32,000 bases of DNA from Methanocaldococcus jannaschii DSM 2661 (GTDB taxonomy: Archaea; AGJL01; Methanococci; Methanococcales; Methanocaldococcaceae). The stretch lies in assembly GCF_000091665.1 (NCBI RefSeq), contig NC_000909.1:1130960-1162959 (forward strand), written 5' to 3'. The position numbers and the translations under genes were made by a program. Within the stretch, counting starts at the first letter, position 1; each line of letters starts with the position of its first letter. A model generated the notes under the pieces. The model was not told where the DNA came from and did no database searches. It worked only from the letters and a program-made list of their open reading frames with translations. Positions 19,369-28,673 of this stretch are shown here, piece by piece.

Positions 19369-19541
19369 CCATAATTTATTTCCATAGGGGCAAAGCCCCT
19401 ATTGGTATACCCCAGAGCGGGGCTTCACTTCGTTCAGCCCCACTTTAATCTAAGAGGCATTGCTTCCTTAAAGGAAGCAATGCATCCGTTTTGATGAACC
19501 TTTTACTAAAAGGTTCGTTTAAATCCTCGGCCGGCGCACCA
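19358..19541 (+). repeat. 14-bp direct repeat of the tRNA-Gly(UCC) 3' end (CGGCCGGCGCACCA at 19358-19371 and 19528-19541) bracketing a hairpin-rich block
   Basis: Exact 14-mer duplicated 170 bp apart; weaker similarity extends leftward (GGTTCaaatcc vs GGTTCgtttaaatcc). Confidence 0.85.
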
Positions 19542-19614
19542 ATCTTTATTTTTTATTTTACATCTATATATTCATAAAGTTAAATTAATAAATTTAAATT
19601 ATTTCTGTGAGATT

Positions 19615-20295
19615 ATGAGAGTCCAGCTAATTTTACACTTAGAAATTCCAAAAGAAGTTTGTAGAAGCTTAGAGGTTGATAACTACATTAATAATAGCAT
19701 TGAAATTAATTTAAAATGTGAAAAAAAGCCCACATTGTATATAAAAACCCACTCCATTGGCTCATTAAAATCAATATTAGATGATTTCTTCAGATGTCAA
19801 AATGCAGCTATGGAGGTTTATAACTTAATAAAAACCTATACAATAAGAAATGTAACTAAAGATGACTTAGATGACTTTCTTGAGCTTTATTTTAAGGCAT
19901 ATAGGGGATTTGATAAATATTATTATAAAAAGAAAAAATGGGCAAGATGGTATTTTAAATGGTTGATGAAGAGAGATGAGGATGGATTTTTTGTTTGTGA
20001 AGTTAATGGAAAGCCTGTTGGTTTTGTTGCTTGTGATTGCAATTGGATAAGTAATATAGAAAAAAGAGAGGTTGCCGAAATCCATGAAATATTTGTTGAC
20101 CCAGATTTTAGGGGGAGAGGGATTGGAACCGCTCTAATAAACAAAGCTATTGAATATGCTAAAAAAAGAGGGAGGAGAATTGTTGAGTTGTGGGTTGGGG
20201 TAGAGAATAAAGGGGCTATAGAATTCTATAAAAGATTGGGTTTTGAGGAAAAAGAAGTCGTCAAAGGATGGTTAAGGATGGTAAAGAGAATTTAA
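19615..20295 (+). CDS. GNAT-family N-acetyltransferase
   Basis: EIHEIFVDPDFRGRGIGTALINKAIEYAKKRGRRIVELWVGVENKGAIEFYKRLGFEEKE. Confidence 0.9.
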   Translation: MRVQLILHLEIPKEVCRSLEVDNYINNSIEINLKCEKKPTLYIKTHSIGSLKSILDDFFRCQNAAMEVYNLIKTYTIRNVTKDDLDDFLELYFKAYRGFDKYYYKKKKWARWYFKWLMKRDEDGFFVCEVNGKPVGFVACDCNWISNIEKREVAEIHEIFVDPDFRGRGIGTALINKAIEYAKKRGRRIVELWVGVENKGAIEFYKRLGFEEKEVVKGWLRMVKRI

Positions 20296-20415
20296 TAAAA
20301 TATTTTTTCTAATTTAGGGAGTTTTTAGCTTTCTATTTTATAAGAGGATTAACTTTAAATATAAAAAATTTATTTTATCATTTTACTTATTGATAATTAG
20401 GACATGGTGATATAG

Positions 20416-21636
20416 ATGAGAAACATAATTGTAAAAAAATTAGATGTTGAACCAATTGAAGAAAGACCAACTGAAATTGTTGAGAGGAAGGGATTGGGGC
20501 ATCCAGATTCAATTTGTGATGGTATTGCTGAGAGTGTTAGTAGGGCTTTATGTAAGATGTACATGGAGAAGTTTGGAACTATTTTGCACCACAATACAGA
20601 CCAAGTTGAGCTTGTAGGGGGACATGCATATCCTAAGTTTGGAGGAGGAGTAATGGTAAGCCCTATTTATATTTTATTATCTGGAAGAGCAACAATGGAA
20701 ATCTTAGATAAGGAGAAAAATGAAGTTATAAAGCTCCCAGTAGGAACAACTGCTGTTAAAGCTGCTAAAGAATATTTAAAGAAGGTTTTAAGAAATGTTG
20801 ATGTTGATAAAGATGTTATTATTGACTGCAGAATTGGGCAGGGAAGTATGGATTTAGTTGATGTCTTTGAGAGACAAAAGAATGAAGTTCCTTTAGCTAA
20901 TGATACATCATTTGGAGTAGGTTATGCTCCATTATCAACAACAGAGAGGTTAGTTTTAGAAACAGAGAGATTTTTAAATAGTGATGAGTTAAAGAATGAG
21001 ATTCCAGCTGTAGGAGAGGACATAAAGGTTATGGGATTAAGAGAGGGTAAGAAGATAACTTTAACCATTGCTATGGCTGTTGTTGATAGGTATGTTAAAA
21101 ATATTGAGGAATATAAGGAAGTTATTGAAAAGGTTAGAAAGAAGGTTGAAGATTTAGCTAAGAAGATAGCTGATGGATATGAGGTTGAAATTCATATAAA
21201 TACAGCAGATGATTATGAGAGGGAGAGTGTCTATCTAACAGTTACTGGAACATCAGCAGAGATGGGGGATGATGGTTCAGTTGGGAGAGGAAATAGAGTT
21301 AATGGATTGATAACTCCATTCAGACCTATGAGTATGGAGGCAGCAAGTGGTAAAAACCCAGTAAATCACGTTGGTAAAATCTACAATATCTTAGCAAACT
21401 TAATAGCAAACGATATTGCCAAATTGGAAGGAGTTAAAGAGTGCTATGTTAGAATATTAAGCCAAATTGGTAAGCCAATCAATGAGCCAAAGGCTTTAGA
21501 TATAGAAATTATAACTGAAGATAGCTATGATATAAAGGATATTGAACCAAAAGCAAAAGAGATAGCCAATAAATGGTTAGATAACATCATGGAAGTTCAA
21601 AAGATGATTGTTGAAGGAAAAGTAACTACATTCTAA
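20416..21636 (+). CDS. mat: Archaeal S-adenosylmethionine synthetase
   Basis: [24 protein letters not shown]; [38 protein letters not shown]. Confidence 0.96.
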   Translation: MRNIIVKKLDVEPIEERPTEIVERKGLGHPDSICDGIAESVSRALCKMYMEKFGTILHHNTDQVELVGGHAYPKFGGGVMVSPIYILLSGRATMEILDKEKNEVIKLPVGTTAVKAAKEYLKKVLRNVDVDKDVIIDCRIGQGSMDLVDVFERQKNEVPLANDTSFGVGYAPLSTTERLVLETERFLNSDELKNEIPAVGEDIKVMGLREGKKITLTIAMAVVDRYVKNIEEYKEVIEKVRKKVEDLAKKIADGYEVEIHINTADDYERESVYLTVTGTSAEMGDDGSVGRGNRVNGLITPFRPMSMEAASGKNPVNHVGKIYNILANLIANDIAKLEGVKECYVRILSQIGKPINEPKALDIEIITEDSYDIKDIEPKAKEIANKWLDNIMEVQKMIVEGKVTTF

Positions 21637-21647
21637 ATCTAAATAAA

Positions 21648-22304
21648 TTATAATTTCTTAGAAATTTCTATAATGTCTTCAACAATTTTTCCAAAATGTT
21701 TTGCTTTTTCTGTTTCTTCAAAGTCCTCTTTTAGGAAATATATTCCATCAAGTTCGTATTCTAAGATTATTCTCATCTTTTTAGGTTTTCCATTTGGACA
21801 TTTATAAGAAATTTCATTGTCTTTATCTGGAGTGGCTAAGAATACCTTTATATGTGAAGTTACTGGGGACTCTTTCAATTTTAGTTTCCAATATGTTGTT
21901 TCAAATCTTCTTTCTCTAAAAGAATTTTTAACTGAAATGATTGCTATTATTTTTATATCATTATTTTCAACTTTATAAACAATAACATCTGCATCTGGAA
22001 GGAAAAGATATTCACCATAATTTATGGCTATCAATCTTTTAACTTTATCCAATTCTTCTGGTAAATTTCTATTATTTAAAGCTTTGTCAGTAGTTACTTT
22101 TAATCCGCTATCTTTTAAAAATTTTTTAAGTAGATTGTAAATAACATCTTGAATTCTATGTCCAATGTAAGTTCTCCATGATTGATTTGCCTTATTTACC
22201 GCATCATCCTTAGAAAAACCTTGTTTTAAATATTCTTCAACTTTATTTCTAATGTATTCTTCCCTCTCTTTTTCTAAAATCTTAGATATGTGGTTTATTT
22301 CCAT
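21648..22304 (-). CDS. Type II restriction endonuclease, PD-(D/E)xK-like
   Basis: Overlaps the 3' end of the adjacent MTase; YLFLPDADVIVYKVENNDIKIIAIISVKNSFRERRFET fits a PD...SxK catalytic core; track start 22328, ATG at 22304 has GGAGGG upstream. Confidence 0.75.
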   Translation of the reverse strand: MEINHISKILEKEREEYIRNKVEEYLKQGFSKDDAVNKANQSWRTYIGHRIQDVIYNLLKKFLKDSGLKVTTDKALNNRNLPEELDKVKRLIAINYGEYLFLPDADVIVYKVENNDIKIIAIISVKNSFRERRFETTYWKLKLKESPVTSHIKVFLATPDKDNEISYKCPNGKPKKMRIILEYELDGIYFLKEDFEETEKAKHFGKIVEDIIEISKKL

Positions 22305-23070
22305 AATAAACCCTCCAAAGTGCAACATTCTCTTGAGACTCTTTTTATTGCTAATTCAAAATATTTCTCATCTATTTCTACACCAATAGCTTTTCTTCTC
22401 AATTTATATGCGGCTATTGCTGTTGTTCCACTGCCCAAGAATGGGTCTAAGACAGTATCTCCCACATAGCTAAAAAGTTTAATACATCTTTTTGGGAGTT
22501 CTAACGGAAATGGTGCTGGATGTCCAATTCTTTTTTACTCTCCCCCGGAAAAGTCCATAAACCATTAGTCCATTCAATGAATTCTTCCTTAGTTATATCA
22601 GATTCTCCTTTTGAAAGCTTTTTCCAGCTTTCTTTATATAGAACTACAATAGTTTCAACTGGAGCAATAACATAAGGAGCAGAAGCACTCATAAAGCTAC
22701 CCCACGCTGTTCTCCTTGATATATTTTGTTCATTCCATATAATTGTTGTTTGATATTTAAATCCAACATCTAAGGCAATTTTAACTATATCGGCATAGAC
22801 TGGTTTTATCCCTCCTTTATTTTTATCTAATGGGATATTTAAGCAAAGCCGTCCATCCTTTTTTAAAAGAGTTAGTGCCTTTTTTAACCATTGTTTTGTC
22901 CAATCTAAGTATTCCTCATAAGGAATTGTATCATCGTGTTGGTTGTAGTCAATTCCTACATTATATGGAGGAGAAGTAACTATTAAATCAATACTTTCAT
23001 TAGGTAAATCCACATTTAAAAAATCATCATTTATTAGAGTTATTCCATTGATTTTATTCCAGATTTTCAC
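22295..23070 (-). pseudogene. DNA amino-methyltransferase (N4C/N6A class) with a -1 frameshift at an A6 tract; possibly an authentic frameshift, recoding, or a sequence error
   Basis: Track ORF (22501-23103) carries DLIVTSPPYNVGIDY; after the A6 tract (+ strand T6 at 22531-22536) the -1 frame continues RIGHPAPFPLELPKRCIKLFSYVGDTVLDPFLGSGTTAIAAYKLRRKAIGVEIDEKYFELAIKR...* to 22295. GTG at 23070 is the proposed start (ORF opens at 23103). Confidence 0.9.
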
Positions 23071-23182
23071 AATAATCACCTTCATTGAAAGATTAACACT
23101 CAAAATGGATTTAAATTTTTAATAAAATAAGGGAAAACCATTAAAATTAAAAAAAGAGAAGATAATATTTAAAGTTAATTGT

Positions 23183-23959
23183 TTATCCAATGTATCTTAA
23201 ATCCTCTTCACTTGGTGGTTTTGCCTGGGCAGCTTTTAGCATCTCTTCTTCAAACTTCTTAATCTTCTCAATAAACTGCTCCATGCCCTTGGCTCTCTTC
23301 TCCAACTCTTCCATATTAATCTCTATATTTTCAAGCTTGCAGAACTTTTCTAAAACTGCTTTTGCAGCATTTGGGTCTATTAGATAGCCTGGAGTTTCTC
23401 CCATTAAGCAGATTCCAGGAATTCCATTTAAATCTGCAAACATCAGCATTAAACCAGCAGCTCCAACAATTCCTCCCCCATCAGTTCTGAATAAGATATC
23501 ATGCTCTTTTAACTTTTTAGCAAGTTCTTTTGATGTTGTAGCTCCATAAACTTTAACTTCTTCGCATAGCTTTCCAACTCCAAAGCCACCTAAGGTATAG
23601 ACAAAGTTAGCTCCATACTCTATGCCTATTTTAACAATCTCTTCAGCTAAGTGGTATTGACCAATTGGGGATAACGCTTGAGTGTTGCCCAAAACAACAA
23701 TCATTGGCTTTGGCTCTCTAATTGCATAGAATTCGGCACACATATATTCAATAGTTCCATCATCTTTAACCAAAACTTGTGGTGGGAAGTCATAACAGAA
23801 GAGTTCTAAAAACTTCTCTCCTTTAAATTCATGGACTAAATGCTCAGCTGCCAATCTACCAACGTGTCCAATTCCTGGCAGTCCTTCAATTAATAACGCA
23901 TTTTCTAATGGTTCGATGTCTTTTACCTTTCTTGTGATAATTTTAACCATAAACATCAC
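23183..23959 (-). CDS. PAC2 (proteasome assembly chaperone-like) family protein
   Basis: LLIEGLPGIGHVGRLAAEHL; GGFGVGKLCEE; PGICLMGETPGYLIDPNAAKAVLE. Confidence 0.85.
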   Translation of the reverse strand: MMFMVKIITRKVKDIEPLENALLIEGLPGIGHVGRLAAEHLVHEFKGEKFLELFCYDFPPQVLVKDDGTIEYMCAEFYAIREPKPMIVVLGNTQALSPIGQYHLAEEIVKIGIEYGANFVYTLGGFGVGKLCEEVKVYGATTSKELAKKLKEHDILFRTDGGGIVGAAGLMLMFADLNGIPGICLMGETPGYLIDPNAAKAVLEKFCKLENIEINMEELEKRAKGMEQFIEKIKKFEEEMLKAAQAKPPSEEDLRYIG

Positions 23960-23977
23960 CTTAATAATTTATTATCA

Positions 23978-24617
23978 TTAGAGCTTTTTATATTTTTTTG
24001 CAAACTCCCTTATAAATTTTATTTCATCAATTCCAATATTTAGATTTTCTCTTATGGTTTTTGCTATTCTTCCTTCTCCAAACAATAAAGCTATAGCTCC
24101 AGTGAAGTTTTTCGTGGTTTTCTTTTCCTTAGCTTTGTCAAAATCAATGATGTAGGTTTTTTTATTGGTAATTAAAAAATGCCTCCCTCCCTGTATCTCC
24201 TTATGCTCAATCCCCAAGATATCAAGTTTTAGAGTAATTTTTAAAATATCCTCAACTACTTTTAGCAATCTATCTTTATCTAATTTATCAACGGCTGATT
24301 TTAACTCCTCTCCATCTATAAATTCCATGATTAAATAATCGCTATCAAATTCATAAACCTTTGGAGCTATGTCATATTTTTCTAAGAGTTTTAAAATCTT
24401 TGCCTCATGTTCTATGGTGTTTTTTGGGCTGTCTGTTCTTGGGATTTTTATGGCTACCTCCTTGTTATTGTATATGCCTTTTAATACAACCCCTCTATGT
24501 CCTTTTCCTAAAACATCTACAATTTTTACTCCTTTATTTTCTAATTTGTTTATTGCATCTTTATTTAAAATATTCTCTGGGATTTTTTTGAGGATTTCTT
24601 TGTTGATTGTTAATCAC
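23978..24617 (-). CDS. Bud32/RIO-like atypical protein kinase; 5' end anomalous (track lists only the 3' part, 23978-24328)
   Basis: Frame open from 24613: TINKEILKKIPE...VLGKGHRGVVLKGIYNNKEVAIKIP...EHEAKILKLLEKY...YLIMEFIDGEEL...GIEHKEIQGGRHFLI...YIIDFDKAK. The only plausible start, the GTG at 24617, is out of frame. Confidence 0.8.
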
Positions 24618-25215
24618 CTCTTATATATTTGATTATTCCATAAATAGCGTAGATTAAACACAACATTAAAGCAAAGTGTGGGATTCCAACTATAGCCAAA
24701 CATAAGGAGACAGCAAATATATAGATAAATATCTTATTAGGATACTTCGGATATTTTATATCACTAATCATCAAAAGCCCTATTAATATTGCCAATATTG
24801 AGTTAATTAAATAGCTATTAATTAATTGGCAGAATCCAACTAACAATAAAGCTCCTGCAGGAATTGGCAAGCCAATAAAACCTTTAACATTCAAAATCCC
24901 AAACCTTGCCAATCTTAAAGCTCCACAGAGGCAGAATATTATTGCTGATATCAAAGCTAAGTTTGATTCAAAGTTGTTATATAATAGATAAGCAGGAGCT
25001 ACTCCAAAGCTAACTACATCTGAAATACTGTCTAACTCAGCCCCAAAGTCAGAGACAGTTCCAGTTTTTCTTGCTACATATCCATCTAAAGAATCAAAGA
25101 TTATTGAGAGGTAGATTAATGAAAAGCTATTTAGTAAGATAGCTAAAAGTCCTGTTATGATATTCAGCATTGTTACATAGTCAGAGATTGTTATTATCTT
25201 TCTTATGCTAAACAT
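24610..25215 (-). CDS. pssA: CDP-alcohol phosphatidyltransferase (phosphatidylserine synthase-like)
   Basis: DSLDGYVARKTGTVSDFGAELDSISDVVSFGVAP matches the CDP-alcohol phosphotransferase signature; multi-TM. Confidence 0.9.
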   Translation of the reverse strand: MFSIRKIITISDYVTMLNIITGLLAILLNSFSLIYLSIIFDSLDGYVARKTGTVSDFGAELDSISDVVSFGVAPAYLLYNNFESNLALISAIIFCLCGALRLARFGILNVKGFIGLPIPAGALLLVGFCQLINSYLINSILAILIGLLMISDIKYPKYPNKIFIYIFAVSLCLAIVGIPHFALMLCLIYAIYGIIKYIRGD

Positions 25216-25225
25216 ACTCCCTCCT

Positions 25226-25558
25226 TTATTTTTTCTGATGCAGTTTGTTTATAAGGTTTATTAAAATTGCTTCTTTATTTGGAAATAAAAATAAAAGTTC
25301 TTCTTCAAATTCATTTATGTGATATTTTCCATATTTTAGATGTAGAAGCTCATGAGCCAAAATAAACCTTATTTCTTCATCACTTAAATAAGGCAGTATA
25401 TTTTTATTTATATAAATTGTCTTATTGGTCAATGAGATAGAGGCAATTTTTCTTTTAAGTGGCTTTATTTTGATTTTTATGTTTGCTTTTTTGTCATTTA
25501 GGTTTAGTTCATTTATTGTATTACTCAATATTTCGTTTAATATTTTTCTATCTTTCAT
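25226..25558 (-). CDS. Small HExxH metallopeptidase-like protein
   Basis: FILAHELLHLKYGKYH zinc-binding motif in a 110-aa ORF; stop of hsdR is 9 bp upstream. Confidence 0.7.
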   Translation of the reverse strand: MKDRKILNEILSNTINELNLNDKKANIKIKIKPLKRKIASISLTNKTIYINKNILPYLSDEEIRFILAHELLHLKYGKYHINEFEEELLFLFPNKEAILINLINKLHQKK

Positions 25559-25567
25559 TATATCACA

Positions 25568-28500
25568 TTAAATAAAAATTGGTTTAATAATTTCTTCAAC
25601 TATTTTATTTGATACTTTTCTTCTTTTTTCAGTTTCTTTAATAGCATTTTTCAAATCAACAAATAAGAATTTCTTAATTTTATCAAAATCACTTGGTTTT
25701 ATTAATTTTTTATCTTCCAAATTTTTTAAGGTCTTTTCAGTTAGTGGAAGTTTTTTAATATTGCAGTTCTCTACATTCTTTAAATAAAACAGCATATTTT
25801 TTATTGCCTTTTCTGATTTTGATAATGTTTTTTCCTCCTCTTCGTAGGTTTTTAATGCATTTAAGCAATTTATTAGTTCATTAATCACATACTCATTTTT
25901 TTTAGTTTTTGAAATATATGCGTTTTTTAACTCGTTTATTCTGTCGTATATCATCCTATATATTGGCTCTTTTTTATTTTGAAGTGTATCTAAAGCATAA
26001 TAGATCATATCTGCAACTATTACATTAATTTCATCTTTATTTTTTAAATTCTCCAATAGTTGAGGATTTATTGAGGTTGAAGCAATGTCTGCATAAGTAT
26101 CAAACTCTAAATATTTTATTACTTCCTTTTTTATTTGATTGTAAGGAATTTTATAACTTTTAGGTCTCATCTGCTTATTTATTCCAGCAGATATTATTTT
26201 TAGCCATTCATAGGTTTCGTAATAATTTAACTTTTCTCCATAAGCCCCAACAGCCTCAAATAATTGAATAAGTTCTCTAAGTTTTGCATAGAAATAGTCA
26301 AATTTATCACTTAGGATAATTTTGCTTATAATTTTTTTAAATTCTTTTGAGTTTTTCTGTTTTTTTAGATTTACAATGAAATCATCAAACTCAATCCCTA
26401 CAATTAACTTAAACAACTCTTTAAACTCATTTAACTTCGTTAAAAAGCTCTCCCAGATTTTTGATGTTTCAACAAATAAGTTGTTTAAAATATCCTTATT
26501 TATTGCTTCATCTCTGTATAGGTTATAGTTCTCAATTGCCTTTTTGTAGTTTTCAATTAATATTCCTGTTAAATCAACAATAAGTCCATATTTTTTATTT
26601 TTTGCTGGTCTGTTTGCCCTTGCAGATGCTTGAAGTAAGAGATAATCTTTAAGAAATTGGTGGATGTAGATAGTTTTTAATATTGGAGCATCAAAACCGG
26701 TCAATAGTTTTTTATTGACAATTAAAATTTTTGGATTTTCTTTATTTATAAAATCTTCAGTCCATTTTTTGTTTAATTCATCTACATTTTTACCATATTT
26801 TTTTTCAATCTCTTTTTTATAATTCTCAATTTCTACATCATCATTGTGAATATATGTAATAACAACCTGAGTCCAGTTCTCATTGTAGTTTTTTATTTTT
26901 TCCTTAAGATATTCGTCTAAATATTTTTTAAACAAAATGCATGATTTTCTATCTTGAGCTACAACCATGGCTTTGAATTTAAAGTTTTCAGTGTCTTCTA
27001 AAATATGCTCTGCTATGTATTTTGATGCCTCTTTTATACTGCTTTCACTTTTTAATAAATCAGATAATTTTATTTTCTCGGCAATTTCTTTTTTGGATAC
27101 AACAATCTTATCAGCATCTTCTTCATCAACAAACAATTTTTCTATAATGTTTTTTATTTCTTCCTCTGAGATATCTTTTATATCCTCTGGTTTAACAACT
27201 CTCCAGATTAAAGGCAAAGTAAAGCCCTCTTTTATCGATTCCTCAATAAAAAACCTATCTAAATAAAACTCTCCTTCTTGTGGATAGGCATATTCTTTAA
27301 ATGTGCTCATATCTTTTTTATGAACGGGAGTTCCAGTAAAACCAATGGCAATGGCGTTTTTTAAAATTTTGTTTCTTAGGGTGGCAAATTTACCTGATTC
27401 AGTTCTATGAGCTTCATCCCTCAAAATCAAAATTTCTTTTTTATCAATTGAGCCAAAAGATTCTATAAAGTCCTTTAATTTATTTTTATCAAATTTGTGC
27501 ATCATAACCAAATAAACGCCCTTCTCTGAAATATTTGGGTTATTTTCTGACTCTTTTATGTCCTCTAAAACTCCTTTAAGTTCTTCAACACTGTTAATTT
27601 TTTTGAAGCAATCTTTAAAATTCGCATTTTGTAAGGCAATGATATCATCATTAAATTGAGTCTCTAACTCTCTCCTATCCACCATTATAAAAACAATAGG
27701 GTCTTTGTTTTTAAATTCATTATAAAATAACTCCGCCAAATATAAAATTTCGAAGGTTTTTCCACTACCTTGCCAATGCCAAACTAATCCCCTATTTTTA
27801 TAATCTTTGTTGTTTAGGTAGTTGGTTATTCTTTCATAAGCTTTTTTTACTGCCCAATATTGCATATATCTCGGGATAATTTTAGTTTTTCTTCCAGCCC
27901 TGTCTTTACTAAAAAATATAAAGTTCTTTATTGTATCTAAAACTCTCTCCCTTTTTAATAAATCCCAAATATCTTCCTCTTTTTTCTCATTTTTCCATTT
28001 GTATGGCTTTTTAAATCTATCTTCTTTTTCTTCGTTTGGATATGTTGGGATATAAAGTTTTTCATCTCCATAAACAATGGCAAACTGCACATAGTTGAAT
28101 AGTTTAGGAGCTTCCCTTTCATATCTATTTATTTGATTTATCGCCTCTTCATAAGTTTCTTTTTCAGAAAATTCTCTTTTTGCCTCTATAATAATTATGG
28201 GAATTCCATTAATAAATAGGGTAAAATCTGGGATAATGTTGTCGTTTCCTTTAAATTTCAATTCGTGGGCATAATTGAAGATATTTTTCTCAATATTTTT
28301 ATAATCAATTAATTTAACTCTATTAGAAACTTGCCCTTTTCTTCCCTTATCTAAGGTTATTAATATTCCATTTTTAATATAATCTAAAATCTCCTCTGGT
28401 TTTGGTTCATTTATTAGTTTATTTATTGCTTTCTCAATAAATTCATCTTTATATTCTCCTATGTGGTCGTTTATAATTTTTAGTTGCTCCTCTAATATTG

Positions 28501-28624
28501 GTTTTATTATGTAGTTGCTAAATGCCTCCCCTTCATATCCCTCCAATTCTTTCCAACCTAATTTATTTAAATTCTCTTCTATATCATTATGGACGTAAAT
28601 CTCCGGAATCGGCATTTTATTCAC
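25568..28624 (-). CDS. hsdR: Type I restriction enzyme R subunit
   Basis: GLVWHWQGSGKT (Walker A), VDRRELETQF, ILRDEAHRTESG (DEAH), AIGFTGTP, GFDAPILKTIYIHQFLKDYLLLQASARANR. Confidence 0.96.
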   Translation of the reverse strand: MNKMPIPEIYVHNDIEENLNKLGWKELEGYEGEAFSNYIIKPILEEQLKIINDHIGEYKDEFIEKAINKLINEPKPEEILDYIKNGILITLDKGRKGQVSNRVKLIDYKNIEKNIFNYAHELKFKGNDNIIPDFTLFINGIPIIIIEAKREFSEKETYEEAINQINRYEREAPKLFNYVQFAIVYGDEKLYIPTYPNEEKEDRFKKPYKWKNEKKEEDIWDLLKRERVLDTIKNFIFFSKDRAGRKTKIIPRYMQYWAVKKAYERITNYLNNKDYKNRGLVWHWQGSGKTFEILYLAELFYNEFKNKDPIVFIMVDRRELETQFNDDIIALQNANFKDCFKKINSVEELKGVLEDIKESENNPNISEKGVYLVMMHKFDKNKLKDFIESFGSIDKKEILILRDEAHRTESGKFATLRNKILKNAIAIGFTGTPVHKKDMSTFKEYAYPQEGEFYLDRFFIEESIKEGFTLPLIWRVVKPEDIKDISEEEIKNIIEKLFVDEEDADKIVVSKKEIAEKIKLSDLLKSESSIKEASKYIAEHILEDTENFKFKAMVVAQDRKSCILFKKYLDEYLKEKIKNYNENWTQVVITYIHNDDVEIENYKKEIEKKYGKNVDELNKKWTEDFINKENPKILIVNKKLLTGFDAPILKTIYIHQFLKDYLLLQASARANRPAKNKKYGLIVDLTGILIENYKKAIENYNLYRDEAINKDILNNLFVETSKIWESFLTKLNEFKELFKLIVGIEFDDFIVNLKKQKNSKEFKKIISKIILSDKFDYFYAKLRELIQLFEAVGAYGEKLNYYETYEWLKIISAGINKQMRPKSYKIPYNQIKKEVIKYLEFDTYADIASTSINPQLLENLKNKDEINVIVADMIYYALDTLQNKKEPIYRMIYDRINELKNAYISKTKKNEYVINELINCLNALKTYEEEEKTLSKSEKAIKNMLFYLKNVENCNIKKLPLTEKTLKNLEDKKLIKPSDFDKIKKFLFVDLKNAIKETEKRRKVSNKIVEEIIKPIFI

Positions 28625-28673
28625 CTGAAATAAAAATTAAATCTTCCTCAATGGATTTTTTAATGTATGGATT

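Noticed and set aside
19163-19387. 74-aa ORF over the tRNA-Gly pair
   Set aside because: Entirely explained by two canonical tRNA genes; the MLLL...WCSLVTHGPATPGPRVQIPEA translation is the usual tRNA artefact.
24361-24632. Two short hydrophobic + strand ORFs (24361-24591, 24369-24632)
   Set aside because: Antisense to the kinase N-terminal half, which carries clear P-loop and VAIK motifs in an uninterrupted frame.
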